Source: Eubacteriales bacterium (lineage in GTDB: Bacteria > Bacillota > Clostridia > Oscillospirales > CAG-272). From it: a stretch of 64,000 bases of DNA. Below, piece by piece: positions 20,526 through 30,815 of the stretch (position 1 is its first letter; each line of letters begins with the position of its first letter). The notes beneath the pieces are model-generated. The model was not told the DNA's origin, ran no database searches, and worked only from the letters and a program-made list of their open reading frames with translations. The stretch lies in contig JAZQFQ010000016.1 of the NCBI GenBank assembly GCA_045539595.1, forward strand, positions 26,973 through 90,972, given 5' to 3'. A program made the translations under genes and the position numbers.

Positions 20526-22270
20526 AAAAGAGAAACCAAGTTCCTACCACCATCGGCAAGGTATTTTTGTACATGAAAAAATACCGTTGGCTTATTGCGG
20601 TCTCCCTGTTTCTTGCGCTTTCTTCCGTGGTGCTGACATTGTATGTCCCAATCCTCATCGGACGTGCCATCGATGATATTGTCGAGGCGGGACAGGTGAA
20701 TTTTTCCCGCATTGTTCCGCTTCTGGCTGAGGCGTGCATTCTGGTTGCACTGACCACAGTACTGCAATGGATCATGAACACGGTAAACAACCGGATCACG
20801 TACAGCGTGGTGCGGGATGTACGAGGCGAAGCCTTTTCCCACATTCAGGAACTGCCGCTTTCCTATCTGGACAGACACCCCAGCGGAGCAATCGTCAGCC
20901 GTGTTATCGCGGACGCCGATCAATTTGCCGACGGATTGCTGATGGGATTTACCCAATTGTTCACCGGTATCGCAACGATTGTGGGCACACTCATCTTTAT
21001 GCTGACGATCCATCCGCTGATCGCAGTTGTGGTGGTGGTTCTCACGCCAGTATCGTTGCTGGTGGCCAAATTTATTGCCTCGCGCACCTATTCCATGTTT
21101 CATAAACAATCCGAAGTACGCGGCACCCAAACCGCACTCATCGATGAAATTCTTGGGAATCAAAAACTGGTCCGAGCGTTTTCCTATGAGGAGACGGCTC
21201 TTTCCCGTTTTGATGATGTCAACAGTGAGTTGGAGAAGTGCTCCCTGAAAGCGATCTTTTTCTCCTCTCTTGTGAACCCGACCACCCGCTTTGTGAATAG
21301 TTTGGTATATGCCGCTGTTGCATTGAGCGGTGCAATCGCTGCCGTCTCCGGCACGTTATCGATCGGTTCACTGAGCTGTTTTTTGAGTTACGCCAACCAA
21401 TATACGAAGCCCTTCAATGAGATCTCCGGCGTGATCACCGAGCTGCAAAACGCCCTCGCCTGCGCCTCCCGTTTGTTTGAACTGATCGAAGCACCCGCAC
21501 TAACTCCGGATGCGGCGGATGCAGATTCGCTGGAGCACGCGGCAGGCCGTGTAGATTTGCACGATGTTACCTTCTCCTATACCCCGGAGCAATCCCTGAT
21601 CCGCAACTTGAATTTGCACGTCCAGCCCGGTCAGCGCATTGCCATCGTAGGCCCCACCGGATGCGGCAAAACAACGCTGATCAATTTGCTGATGCGTTTC
21701 TATGACGTAAATTCAGGATGTATATCCATAGATGGATTCTCCTTGTCTTCCCTGGCGCGGGCGAATCTGCGGAAAAATTTCGGCATGGTGCTTCAAGATA
21801 CCTGGCTGAAATCCGGCACAGTCCGGGAAAATATCAAATTCGGTTCGCCGGATGCCAGCGACGAAGATATGATTCGCGCCGCCAAGGCTTCCCATGCCCA
21901 CAACTTCATCCGTCGCCTGCCGCAGGGGTATGATACCGTGATCGGTGAAGACGGAGGAACCTTATCGCAGGGACAGAAGCAGTTGCTTTGCATTTCCCGC
22001 GTCATGTTGTGTCTGCCCCCCATGCTGATCCTGGACGAGGCCACCTCCTCCATCGATACACGAACAGAAATACGTATTCAGAAAGCGTTTCAGGCCATGA
22101 TGGAGGGCCGCACCAGCTTTATTGTCGCTCACCGTCTTTCCACAATCCGCGAGGCCGATATGATTCTCGTCATGAATCAAGGAAATGTAATTGAACAAGG
22201 CACGCACGAAGAGTTGTTGGCAAAAAATGGATTTTACACCCAGCTTTACAACAGTCAATTCGGCGAATGA
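20522..22270 (+). CDS. ABC exporter, fused permease/ATPase (heterodimer partner 2)
   Basis: ATG 20522 overlaps the upstream stop (ATGA). NBD motifs are GPTGCGKTT, LSQGQKQL and MLILDEATSSID. Confidence 0.85.
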   Translation: MKKRNQVPTTIGKVFLYMKKYRWLIAVSLFLALSSVVLTLYVPILIGRAIDDIVEAGQVNFSRIVPLLAEACILVALTTVLQWIMNTVNNRITYSVVRDVRGEAFSHIQELPLSYLDRHPSGAIVSRVIADADQFADGLLMGFTQLFTGIATIVGTLIFMLTIHPLIAVVVVVLTPVSLLVAKFIASRTYSMFHKQSEVRGTQTALIDEILGNQKLVRAFSYEETALSRFDDVNSELEKCSLKAIFFSSLVNPTTRFVNSLVYAAVALSGAIAAVSGTLSIGSLSCFLSYANQYTKPFNEISGVITELQNALACASRLFELIEAPALTPDAADADSLEHAAGRVDLHDVTFSYTPEQSLIRNLNLHVQPGQRIAIVGPTGCGKTTLINLLMRFYDVNSGCISIDGFSLSSLARANLRKNFGMVLQDTWLKSGTVRENIKFGSPDASDEDMIRAAKASHAHNFIRRLPQGYDTVIGEDGGTLSQGQKQLLCISRVMLCLPPMLILDEATSSIDTRTEIRIQKAFQAMMEGRTSFIVAHRLSTIREADMILVMNQGNVIEQGTHEELLAKNGFYTQLYNSQFGE

Positions 22271-22301
22271 TACAAATCGGCGGTATAATTACTGCGATCT
22301 A

Positions 22302-22330
22302 TTGACATCTTTGCATAAAACTGGTATAAT
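22302..22330 (+). promoter_or_regulatory. consensus sigma-A promoter of htpG
   Basis: TTGACA (22302-22307), a 17-nt spacer ending in TGg, then TATAAT (22325-22330). Confidence 0.7.
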
Positions 22331-22392
22331 TATTTTTAGAGAAAACGTATGTGCTTTCTATCACTATTCCCAAAGAAAACGAGGCTTATCCT

Positions 22393-24252
22393 ATGAATGA
22401 TTCTTCCCTTCAGCGCGGCGGTATCCGTGTTGAAATTGAGCATATCTTCCCCATCATCAAAAAATGGCTGTATTCCGAAAAGGAAATCTTCTTGCGCGAA
22501 ATCGTATCCAATGCCTGTGACGCCGTGACAAAACTACGCCGTCTTTCCTCTCTGGGCGAGGTAAAGGATCTGGATTTATCCGGCGCTAAGATTCAAGTTA
22601 TTTTGGATAAATCGGAGAAAACCATCACCGTCACGGATACCGGTATCGGCATGACGGAGGAGGAATTACAGAAATATATCTGCCAGATCGCGCTCTCCGG
22701 TGCTTTGGATTTCGTACAGAAGTACGAAAATGCCGACACCTCTGCTGAATCCGGCATTATCGGCCATTTTGGGCTTGGCTTTTATTCTTCTTTCATGGTC
22801 AGCGATACTGTGGATGTGATCACTCGTTCGTACACATCGGACCGTGTGATCAAATGGAGCTGCACAGAAGCCGGCGAATACCAGATTCAGTCCGACTATG
22901 AGGATGACGATCTGCTGGACGGACACGGAACAGCTGTCATTATGCATATCAGCGAAGAGGGTGAAGAATTTCTCAATGCATATCGCCTCAAAGAAGTGCT
23001 CAACAAATATTGTGCATTCATGCCGGTGGACGTGTATTTTGAGGATGCGGCTGAGGAGCAGAAAGAAGATGCTGCACCGGCTCCCATCAATGATACAAAT
23101 CCCCTGTGGCTTCGTCAACCATCCGACATTACGGATGAGGAATACAAGGCTTTTTATCACAAGGTTTTCGGTGATTTCAAGGATCCCTTGTTCTATATTC
23201 ACCTCCGTGCCGATTATCCGTTGAATTTCAAGGGAATTCTGTACTTCCCCCGTATTTCCAACGAGTATGAAAGTCTGGAAGGACAGGTCAAGTTGTTCTA
23301 CAACCAGGTATTCGTGGCGGACAACATAAAAGAAGTCATCCCCGAATATCTTCTTATGCTGAAGGGCGTTCTGGATTGCCCGGAGATGCCGCTGAACGTT
23401 TCCCGCAGTTATCTGCAGAACAGCGGATATGTGAGCAAAATTTCCGCTCATATCACAAAAAAGGTGGCGGATAAGATCAATTCCCTGTTCAACACAGAAC
23501 GGGAGAAGTTTGAGGAATTGTGGCGTGATCTGAAGACCTTCGTGGAATACGGATGTATGCGCGATCGCAAGTTTTACGACCGCGTAAAAGACAGTTTGCT
23601 TCTGGAAAAGTGCAGCGGCGGATTTGTCACGCTGAATGAATATCTGGAACAAGCCAAAGAAAAGCACGAGAACAAAGTGTATTATGCAACGGATAAAGTG
23701 GCACAATCCCAATATATCTCCCTTCTGGAAAAGGAAGAACTGGAAGTAATCCTTCTGGATCGGGTTCTGGACACGCAATTTATCAATGTAATTGAGAATA
23801 ACCATGACGGAGTAAAATTTGTACGCGTTGATGCGGAGATCGCCGATGCGCTCCAAAACAGCGAAGCAGCCCCGGAATGCACCGGCGCTGTATCCGTATT
23901 CGAGAAGGTTGTACAGGATGGCGTAAAGGTGGAGGTCCAGCATATCAAGAACAATGATGTGCCCGCCATTCTGACCGTGTCCGAAGAAAGTCGCCGCATG
24001 GATGACATGATGAAAATGTATGGCATGCCTGGCGGCAGTGCCGGCAACTTCCCTTTGGAATCCAGATTGGTACTGAACGCCGCCAGCGATCTGATCCGGA
24101 AAATCGACGCACTGTACGAAAGTGACAGCGGAAAAGCGGAGGTGTTGGCCCGTCAGATTTTCGCCCTTTCCGTTCTCAGTCAGCGAAAACTGACGGCGGA
24201 CGAATTGAATGATTTCCTTACCGACAGTTATTCCCTTTTGTCTATGCTGTAA
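22393..24252 (+). CDS. htpG: molecular chaperone HtpG (Hsp90)
   Basis: GHKL N-domain motifs EIFLREIVSNACDA, DTGIGM and GHFGLGFYS. About 620 aa from ATG 22393. Confidence 0.9.
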   Translation: MNDSSLQRGGIRVEIEHIFPIIKKWLYSEKEIFLREIVSNACDAVTKLRRLSSLGEVKDLDLSGAKIQVILDKSEKTITVTDTGIGMTEEELQKYICQIALSGALDFVQKYENADTSAESGIIGHFGLGFYSSFMVSDTVDVITRSYTSDRVIKWSCTEAGEYQIQSDYEDDDLLDGHGTAVIMHISEEGEEFLNAYRLKEVLNKYCAFMPVDVYFEDAAEEQKEDAAPAPINDTNPLWLRQPSDITDEEYKAFYHKVFGDFKDPLFYIHLRADYPLNFKGILYFPRISNEYESLEGQVKLFYNQVFVADNIKEVIPEYLLMLKGVLDCPEMPLNVSRSYLQNSGYVSKISAHITKKVADKINSLFNTEREKFEELWRDLKTFVEYGCMRDRKFYDRVKDSLLLEKCSGGFVTLNEYLEQAKEKHENKVYYATDKVAQSQYISLLEKEELEVILLDRVLDTQFINVIENNHDGVKFVRVDAEIADALQNSEAAPECTGAVSVFEKVVQDGVKVEVQHIKNNDVPAILTVSEESRRMDDMMKMYGMPGGSAGNFPLESRLVLNAASDLIRKIDALYESDSGKAEVLARQIFALSVLSQRKLTADELNDFLTDSYSLLSML

Positions 24253-24253
24253 T

Positions 24254-25114
24254 ATGAGTACAGAACGAAACATTCGCGTCCTGCGTCAGAATGAAAACAC
24301 AGTTCACTCCATGACAGACAACGCAGAGATTCTCCATAACGGTATTCTCTCTGAGGCACTCCGTATCTGGAAGATTAACCCGTCGGAGTATTCACCGAAG
24401 GATATCTATTCGGATATTGTTTCCGGGAATCTGTGTACTGTCGATTTTGCCCGCTTCTGCTATCGATGCACAAAAGAAACCGAAGAACAAGGATTGCTTG
24501 AATCTCTGCTGCCTGAATCCGTTTTTGTGGATGACGAAATACGGGACGCCTGCATCGCTTACCAGCACAATATGTATACGGACCGTGCCTTCGGCGTTTT
24601 TGCAAAAACAAAGACGAACGCCTCTGCCCGCTACCTTCCTTCGCTGGCATCGGTTTGCGAAGAGGTGTACTATGGGCGATGCGGATACTGCCTTCTGCCG
24701 ATTTATTCCTCCCAGGACGGTATTCTGACTGCCTTCACCCGTATGATCACCAAGTACGATCTGAAGATCGATACGACCTGTGATGTAAGCATTCAGGAGG
24801 GTGACGCCATCCTGCGCTTTGCGCTGCTGCGGCGTGGATTGAGTACTACCGCATGTGATCCTTGTTATGTGCAGATCAACGCTGTCTTGCCGGAAACGGT
24901 GCAAATCGGTGCACTGCTGTCTTCCTGTGAAACCTTACATGCAGAGATCACAGAGTTAGTTACAATGCCGCTTTCCTACACAAACGATACAATTTCCTAC
25001 ACCGTTCGTTTCCGCATTGCATCCGATGCTCTCCTCGCTCTATTGCTGTTCTTGCAAGCAACACTGGATAACTACTCCCTTGAAGGGATTTTTACCATGA
25101 TTCATGACAAATAA
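24254..25114 (+). CDS. hypothetical protein (distant prephenate-dehydratase/ACT-like pattern, see findings)
   Basis: The ORF starts 1 nt after the htpG stop with no obvious SD. No catalytic motif is recognisable. Confidence 0.4.
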   Translation: MSTERNIRVLRQNENTVHSMTDNAEILHNGILSEALRIWKINPSEYSPKDIYSDIVSGNLCTVDFARFCYRCTKETEEQGLLESLLPESVFVDDEIRDACIAYQHNMYTDRAFGVFAKTKTNASARYLPSLASVCEEVYYGRCGYCLLPIYSSQDGILTAFTRMITKYDLKIDTTCDVSIQEGDAILRFALLRRGLSTTACDPCYVQINAVLPETVQIGALLSSCETLHAEITELVTMPLSYTNDTISYTVRFRIASDALLALLLFLQATLDNYSLEGIFTMIHDK

Positions 25115-25134
25115 TTTTTGAAAGGATACACATT

Positions 25135-26853
25135 ATGTCTGACTACAAAGAGAATTACACTCGATGGCTGAACGATCCTATGGTGGATGACGCTACCAAA
25201 CAAGAGGTACGCGCCATGGAAGCCGACGATGAAATAAAAGGCGCCTTCACCGGCTATATGTCCTTCGGCACCGCCGGTCTGCGTGCCGAGATGGGTGCCG
25301 GTACGGCGAAAATGAATCTGTACACCGTGGCCCATGCCACAGAAGGACTGGCCCGATTGATTCTGAAAACTCCCGGCGGTAAAGAGCGCGGTGTGGCCAT
25401 TTGCTATGACAGCCGCAACAACTCTCAAGCATTCGCGCATCGCGCCGCTGAGGTTCTTTCCGCAGACGGTATCCGTGTGTATCTTTTCCCGGAAATGCGC
25501 CCCACGCCGGTTTTGTCCTTCGCCATCCGTGATTTGAATTGCATTGCCGGTATCAATATCACCGCGTCCCACAATCCCTCTGAATACAACGGATACAAAG
25601 CATACTGGGAAGACGGCGGCCAGCTTCCGCCGGATCACGCGGCCACCGTTGCCGCCGAGATCGCCTCAGTGGATATTTTCCGGGACGTTCCCACATCCGG
25701 CAAAGCCAACTCCGCTTTGATCACCGTTACCGATTCCTCGCTGGATGAGCGGTATATGGAAAAGGTGCTGGAGCAGGCGGTAAATCCGGACGCCATCCCC
25801 GCCGTTGCCGATGATATGGCTATCGTGTACACACCTTTGCACGGCACTGGTGCCACTCTGGTGCCACAGCTTCTGAAAAAAGCCGGCTTAAAAAAACTGT
25901 ATACCGTGGATGAGCAGATGGTCCCGGACGGAAACTTCCCAACGGTCAAGTTTCCGAATCCCGAATTCCCTGAGGCATTCGCACTGGGCCGCGAAATCGC
26001 CAACAAGGTAGGCAGCGATCTGATCGTCGCGACAGACCCGGACGCAGATCGCGTCGGCGTGATGGCCAAGGATAAAAACGGCGAATTCCATTGCATCACC
26101 GGTAATCAGATGGGCGCACTGCTTTTGGAGTACATTGCTACAGCCTTTGAGAAGACCGGCAAGATGCCTGCCGAGCCCTACGCCGTGAAAACAATCGTTA
26201 CCAGCGAACTCTGCACACGCATTTGTGAGGCCCATGGCGTACATCTGTACAATGTACTGACCGGTTTCAAATTCATTGGAGAAGTGATCAAGAATCACGA
26301 AATTTCCGGTCACGGCACCTTCCTTTTGGGCTTTGAGGAAAGCTACGGCTACTTGAAAGGCACGTACGCTCGGGATAAGGATGCCGTGGTGGCTTCCCTG
26401 CTCATTTGCGAAATGGCTGCCTATTATAAAACACGCAGCATGACACTCATGGATGCGCTGAACGAAATTTTTGAGAAATACGGCTACTTCCGCGAAAGCG
26501 TTATCAGCATTTCCATGAGCGGCGTGGATGGAAAAGAAAAAATGGCCGCTATGATGCGCGGCCTGCGACAGAATCCTCCCACGGAGATTGGCGGAAAGAA
26601 ACTTGCCATCTTCAAGGATTTCCTGGAGGAGAGGGCTGTGGATCTGCGAAGCGGCGCCGCATACGGCACGGGACTTCCGAAATCCGATGTGCTTTACTAT
26701 CTGATGGAAGATGACAATCTGGTTGTTGTTCGCCCGTCCGGAACGGAGCCGAAGGTAAAGGTATACATTCTTGCCAACGGTAAAGATGAGGCAGTTGCCA
26801 ACGCCAATGCAGAAGCCTGCATTTCCGGTGCACGCAAATTGATTGAAGGATAA
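25135..26853 (+). CDS. phospho-sugar mutase (alpha-phosphoglucomutase, PgcA class)
   Basis: Active-site loop TASHNPSEYNGYK. 572 aa. Confidence 0.85.
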   Translation: MSDYKENYTRWLNDPMVDDATKQEVRAMEADDEIKGAFTGYMSFGTAGLRAEMGAGTAKMNLYTVAHATEGLARLILKTPGGKERGVAICYDSRNNSQAFAHRAAEVLSADGIRVYLFPEMRPTPVLSFAIRDLNCIAGINITASHNPSEYNGYKAYWEDGGQLPPDHAATVAAEIASVDIFRDVPTSGKANSALITVTDSSLDERYMEKVLEQAVNPDAIPAVADDMAIVYTPLHGTGATLVPQLLKKAGLKKLYTVDEQMVPDGNFPTVKFPNPEFPEAFALGREIANKVGSDLIVATDPDADRVGVMAKDKNGEFHCITGNQMGALLLEYIATAFEKTGKMPAEPYAVKTIVTSELCTRICEAHGVHLYNVLTGFKFIGEVIKNHEISGHGTFLLGFEESYGYLKGTYARDKDAVVASLLICEMAAYYKTRSMTLMDALNEIFEKYGYFRESVISISMSGVDGKEKMAAMMRGLRQNPPTEIGGKKLAIFKDFLEERAVDLRSGAAYGTGLPKSDVLYYLMEDDNLVVVRPSGTEPKVKVYILANGKDEAVANANAEACISGARKLIEG

Positions 26854-26861
26854 TTAAAAAT

Positions 26862-26897
26862 GGCGGGACAATGTGAATTGTCCCGCCACAGTTTTTA
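26862..26897. terminator. terminator between the mutase gene and the convergent GNAT gene
   Basis: An 11-bp stem (GGCGGGACAAT / ATTGTCCCGCC) with a GTGA loop, then a T-run. Confidence 0.75.
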
Positions 26898-27470
26898 TTT
26901 ATCAATATAATCGGAAAACAGGATCGCGCAAATACCAATGTCTTTATACGAATCGCCAATGTACATAGATTCTCTCTGGATTCCTTCAAAGACCATACCG
27001 GCTTTTTCCATAACACGGCGACTGCGAGCGTTGCCCACGATATATTTCGCTTCAATCCGGTGCAAATTCAAGGTAAAGAAGCCAAATCGCATAACGGCAC
27101 GAACCGCTTCCACAGCAATGCCGCGCCCCCAGTAATCCGGATTCAGTACGTATCCGATTTCCCCCACATTATGAGCGTACGAAAACGAGGTAAAGCCGCA
27201 GGTGCCGATCATTTTGCCGCTTTCCTTCCATGTGACTGCCCAATCGTAAAATTCACCTGTCCGGTATCGTGTGGCCACATAAGCAAGATAACGCATGGTA
27301 TACGTAGGGTTTGGATGAGGATCCCATGTGAGGAAGCGCGTCACATCCGGACTGCAGGCATATTCGTACATATCCTTGTAGTCCGTTTTTTTCATGCGCC
27401 GAAGGATCAATCGCTCCGTGATGATTTCGGGAGGATCCCGGAAATAGCGAATTACTGTATCTTTGTTCAT
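26895..27470 (-). CDS. GNAT family N-acetyltransferase (RimJ/RimL-like)
   Basis: ERLILRR N-terminus and a GYVLNPDYWGRGIA acetyl-CoA loop. ATG 27470 has GGAG upstream. The ORF-track start 27542 is an extension. Confidence 0.75.
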   Translation of the reverse strand: MNKDTVIRYFRDPPEIITERLILRRMKKTDYKDMYEYACSPDVTRFLTWDPHPNPTYTMRYLAYVATRYRTGEFYDWAVTWKESGKMIGTCGFTSFSYAHNVGEIGYVLNPDYWGRGIAVEAVRAVMRFGFFTLNLHRIEAKYIVGNARSRRVMEKAGMVFEGIQRESMYIGDSYKDIGICAILFSDYIDK

Positions 27471-27637
27471 ATAACTCCACAATAGTTCATTGATGCACAT
27501 ATTCATTATATACCGTATTACGGATGTTTGCAAGATATGCAATATGTTTTGGAATTGTTAAATTAAAAATTTTGCATTGAAGAAGAACGAAAATTGTGGT
27601 ATTATATAATATATTGCAAAATTCGGAGGATTGCATC

Positions 27638-28441
27638 ATGCAAAAAACAATCGCCTTTATCGGCGTTGGAAATATGGGATCGGCTATTTTGAACGGTATG
27701 CTCCAGAGCCAATCATTTTCGCCAGATAATATCATCGTGTTCGATACGGATATCGATAAATGCCGACGTTTCACCGAGATGGGATGCCGCTGTGCGGTCG
27801 ATGCGGTTACCGCCGTGACCCGGGCAGATGTAGTTCTGTTGGCGGTAAAACCCCAATTGATTGACAGCGTAATGGAAGGATTTTCCTCCAGTGCGAATGG
27901 GAAATTGATTATTTCCATTGCCGCGGGCGTCACCATCGACCGCATCGCTGCCGCATTGCCCGGTGCGCTTGTAATCCGCGTTATGCCCAATACGCCGCTG
28001 CAGGTTGGCCAGGGAGTCAGTGCACTCTGCCGCGGCCAAAATGTCAGTGATGCAGATTACGCCCTGGCGTGCCGGATCTTCTCTTGCTCCGGTATGATCT
28101 TCGAAACCACGGAAAACCTACTGAATCCCATCACGGCGCTAACATCCAGTTCCATTGCCTATTTTGCCCGCTTTATCGGCGATATGTGCGCATGGGGTAA
28201 AAAGAACGGATTTGAGGATGCGGAGTCCCTTTTGGAACTGGTTTGCCGCTCTGCCGCCGGCACAGCAGAAATGCTTATGAAAACGGAATTCACCCCCGCT
28301 GCATTGGAAGCCGCAGTTACATCTCCCCGCGGAACCACGGAACGGGCCATGGCGGTTTTCACCGAACGCGATCTGGGCTCTATTGTCTGTGACGCCATGG
28401 ACGCCTGCCGTGCCAGAGCAGATGAGCTCTCCGGAAACTGA
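27638..28441 (+). CDS. proC: pyrroline-5-carboxylate reductase
   Basis: IAFIGVGNMGSAI dinucleotide motif and C-terminal SPRGTTE. ATG 27638. Confidence 0.85.
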   Translation: MQKTIAFIGVGNMGSAILNGMLQSQSFSPDNIIVFDTDIDKCRRFTEMGCRCAVDAVTAVTRADVVLLAVKPQLIDSVMEGFSSSANGKLIISIAAGVTIDRIAAALPGALVIRVMPNTPLQVGQGVSALCRGQNVSDADYALACRIFSCSGMIFETTENLLNPITALTSSSIAYFARFIGDMCAWGKKNGFEDAESLLELVCRSAAGTAEMLMKTEFTPAALEAAVTSPRGTTERAMAVFTERDLGSIVCDAMDACRARADELSGN

Positions 28442-28504
28442 TTCATAGATTGGGACAAGGATGCATATATTCAACCAAACGAGTTTCTCGGGAGGTTGTT
28501 ATCC

Positions 28505-29041
28505 ATGAATGGTTTTGCCGCAGCACCGCGATTGTCATGGAATCGTGCTTTCTGCACTGCCTTGTTTGTACTGGTTGTAACGGGAATATCCGTTGTTTTC
28601 GGGTTTCATCTTACACGAATGTTCTACGGAGATTCCTTCTTTCAGTTCCATATCCAACGCACGGACCCCTATGCAGGCTGTGATTTTTTCACGGAGTACG
28701 CCATGTGTGCGTCCCGTCTTTGCCGGCCTCTTCTTCTGCAAGCCTTGATTCTCTGGCTGGCACCGTACACAGTTTTTGACCTCCCACTCACTTCTGCTGT
28801 ATTTCTCGCACGAGGCATCTCCCTTGGCTCTGCGTTATACGTATGCCGCATCGCAAAGGCGGACATCTTCGTGTTTGCACTGCCGCTTCTGTATGCGATG
28901 ATCAGTGCCGTGCTTGTTTTATTCACCTATTCCCTGCGAGGACAAAATTCCCCTCGCCCTCTGCGTGAAACCTGTGTCCATTTTCTTGTGGCTGCCGGTT
29001 TCATTTTCATGATTCAAATTTTATCACCTTTGATTTTATAA
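28505..29041 (+). CDS. hypothetical polytopic membrane protein
   Basis: GGGAGG lies 9 nt upstream of ATG 28505. Four to five hydrophobic helices. No motif assigned. Confidence 0.5.
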   Translation: MNGFAAAPRLSWNRAFCTALFVLVVTGISVVFGFHLTRMFYGDSFFQFHIQRTDPYAGCDFFTEYAMCASRLCRPLLLQALILWLAPYTVFDLPLTSAVFLARGISLGSALYVCRIAKADIFVFALPLLYAMISAVLVLFTYSLRGQNSPRPLRETCVHFLVAAGFIFMIQILSPLIL

Positions 29042-29062
29042 GAAAGGATCGCGTTTTTCGAA

Positions 29063-30037
29063 ATGAACCGGAATTACACAAACGAAACGGAAGAAAAAAA
29101 GACTCGTTTTAACTTATTTGAACGCATTCGGAAGGAACGGGAGGGAGTATCTCCTGATGAACCGAAAGTCCTTGATAATCCTACGATTGGAAACTTTTTT
29201 AAACTCCTTGGCCGTAAGATCAATACGCTCCTGAGTGTAAATCTGTTATTTGTCTTCGGTAACTTTCCCATATTCTTCATTCTTCTTGCAGCAACCGGAT
29301 ATTTTTCCACCCAAAGTTTTTCTCCCTACTATCAGCAATTTGCACCGCTGCTGGGTGCGTCCTATTTTGAGCAGTCTCCGCTTATGGCATCCCTGATGGG
29401 TGTGTACGGAATGCAAGCCACTGTGTCGGTTCCGTCGACCACCACATTTATTCTGTACGGTCTGGGCGCGCTGGTACTGCTCACATTTGGTCTTGTAAAC
29501 GTGGGAACCACCCACCTTCTGCGCAGCATGGTACGGGAGGAAGGCATGTTCATAATGTCTGATTTCTGGCAGGCTATTCGACGCAATTTCAAGCAAGGAT
29601 TGATTTACGGTATCCTTGATCTGCTGATTATGGGGATCTTGGGATATGACTTACTGTACTTCTATTTGAATCTTTCATCCGGCGATACTATGATCTATAT
29701 CTTCTTTTTCCTGACATTTGCTATGTGTATTGTATATACTTTCATGCGTATGTACATATATCTTATGATGATAACATTTGACCTGAGCATCATGAAACTT
29801 CTGAAGAATGCCCTCTTTTTTGCCATCCTCGGAATCAAGCGAAATATTATGGCGCTTCTTGCCGTGATTGTTATGGTGGCGCTCTGGTTTGTGCTGCGTG
29901 TGGCTTTCTTCCCGTTGGCCGTCATTCTTCCGTTTATTTTGATGTTCTCCGTGTGCGGCCTGGCGTCGGCTTATGCCGCTTATCCCAAGATCAAAGAGAT
30001 CATGATCGATCCTTATTACAAGGAAAACAGAGAATAA
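29063..30037 (+). CDS. YesL-like (DUF624) membrane protein
   Basis: A polar N-terminus is followed by multiple TM helices with the LLSVNLLFVFGNFPIFF pattern typical of YesL-type proteins. The assignment is from memory of that family. Confidence 0.5.
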   Translation: MNRNYTNETEEKKTRFNLFERIRKEREGVSPDEPKVLDNPTIGNFFKLLGRKINTLLSVNLLFVFGNFPIFFILLAATGYFSTQSFSPYYQQFAPLLGASYFEQSPLMASLMGVYGMQATVSVPSTTTFILYGLGALVLLTFGLVNVGTTHLLRSMVREEGMFIMSDFWQAIRRNFKQGLIYGILDLLIMGILGYDLLYFYLNLSSGDTMIYIFFFLTFAMCIVYTFMRMYIYLMMITFDLSIMKLLKNALFFAILGIKRNIMALLAVIVMVALWFVLRVAFFPLAVILPFILMFSVCGLASAYAAYPKIKEIMIDPYYKENRE

Positions 30038-30086
30038 TTGCAAAGACTGCTGCGAGGTACTCGCAGCAGTCTTTTTCGTGCAACGG

Positions 30087-30794
30087 TTATTTGGAATGGA
30101 TCAGTTCAGACACGCTTACAAAGGTATACCCCCGCTGAAGCAGTCTGGGAATCACCAAACGAATGGCATCCGGTGTGGGTGACGGAGCACCTCCAATAAA
30201 ATCATGGCACAATATGATATCGCCGCATTTTATATTGCTTTCAATCGTAGCCACGATTTCATCGGATGTGGGATGCATCCAATCCAGTGTATCTACGGTC
30301 CAGAGTATAATATCATAATCCAGTTTACGGGCCGCGTCGCAAACCTGCTGGTTGTATAAGCCTCCCGGCGGGCGAAGCAGCTTCGTTCTCTGCTCGGCAA
30401 TGCGAAGAATGGCATCCTCGGCGTGCGTGATTTCATCACATATGCAGTTTACAGAATGTTCCTTCAGGTTTTTATGCAGATAGGTGTGATTGCCGATTTC
30501 ATGTCCTTCCTGCTGTATCCTGCAAACCAATTCTGGATACCGCTCCGCATTTTCGCCGATGATGAAAAACGTTCCGCGGACACCGTATTCTTTCAATATA
30601 TCCAGAATGATCGGAGTGTAGACAGGATGGGGGCCGTCGTCAAAGGTTAAGGCGATCTTGTTCTGTTCATTCATATGGGAGGAATACACATACTCCGGCC
30701 TGCCCCCCGCATAATCCGCGCGCACAGGAAGCGATGCCCCGCCTGCCATCACAAGAACACTCATGATGCCTGCTACTATCTGTGATTGCTTCAT
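30087..30794 (-). CDS. polysaccharide deacetylase (NodB domain), secreted
   Basis: Signal peptide. NodB motifs LTFDDGPHP and IGNHTYLH. AGGAG SD. Confidence 0.8.
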   Translation of the reverse strand: MKQSQIVAGIMSVLVMAGGASLPVRADYAGGRPEYVYSSHMNEQNKIALTFDDGPHPVYTPIILDILKEYGVRGTFFIIGENAERYPELVCRIQQEGHEIGNHTYLHKNLKEHSVNCICDEITHAEDAILRIAEQRTKLLRPPGGLYNQQVCDAARKLDYDIILWTVDTLDWMHPTSDEIVATIESNIKCGDIILCHDFIGGAPSPTPDAIRLVIPRLLQRGYTFVSVSELIHSK

Positions 30795-30815
30795 TGCCGC
30801 TCCTGCCTTTGCTTA

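Noticed and set aside
22666-24273. 535-aa minus-strand ORF antisense to htpG. Similar long antisense ORFs lie at 925-2280, 8721-9824, 14193-15299, 31859-33217, 44233-45360 and 51965-53059.
   Set aside because: Each lies opposite a gene with unambiguous conserved motifs. None has a plausible SD or recognisable domain.
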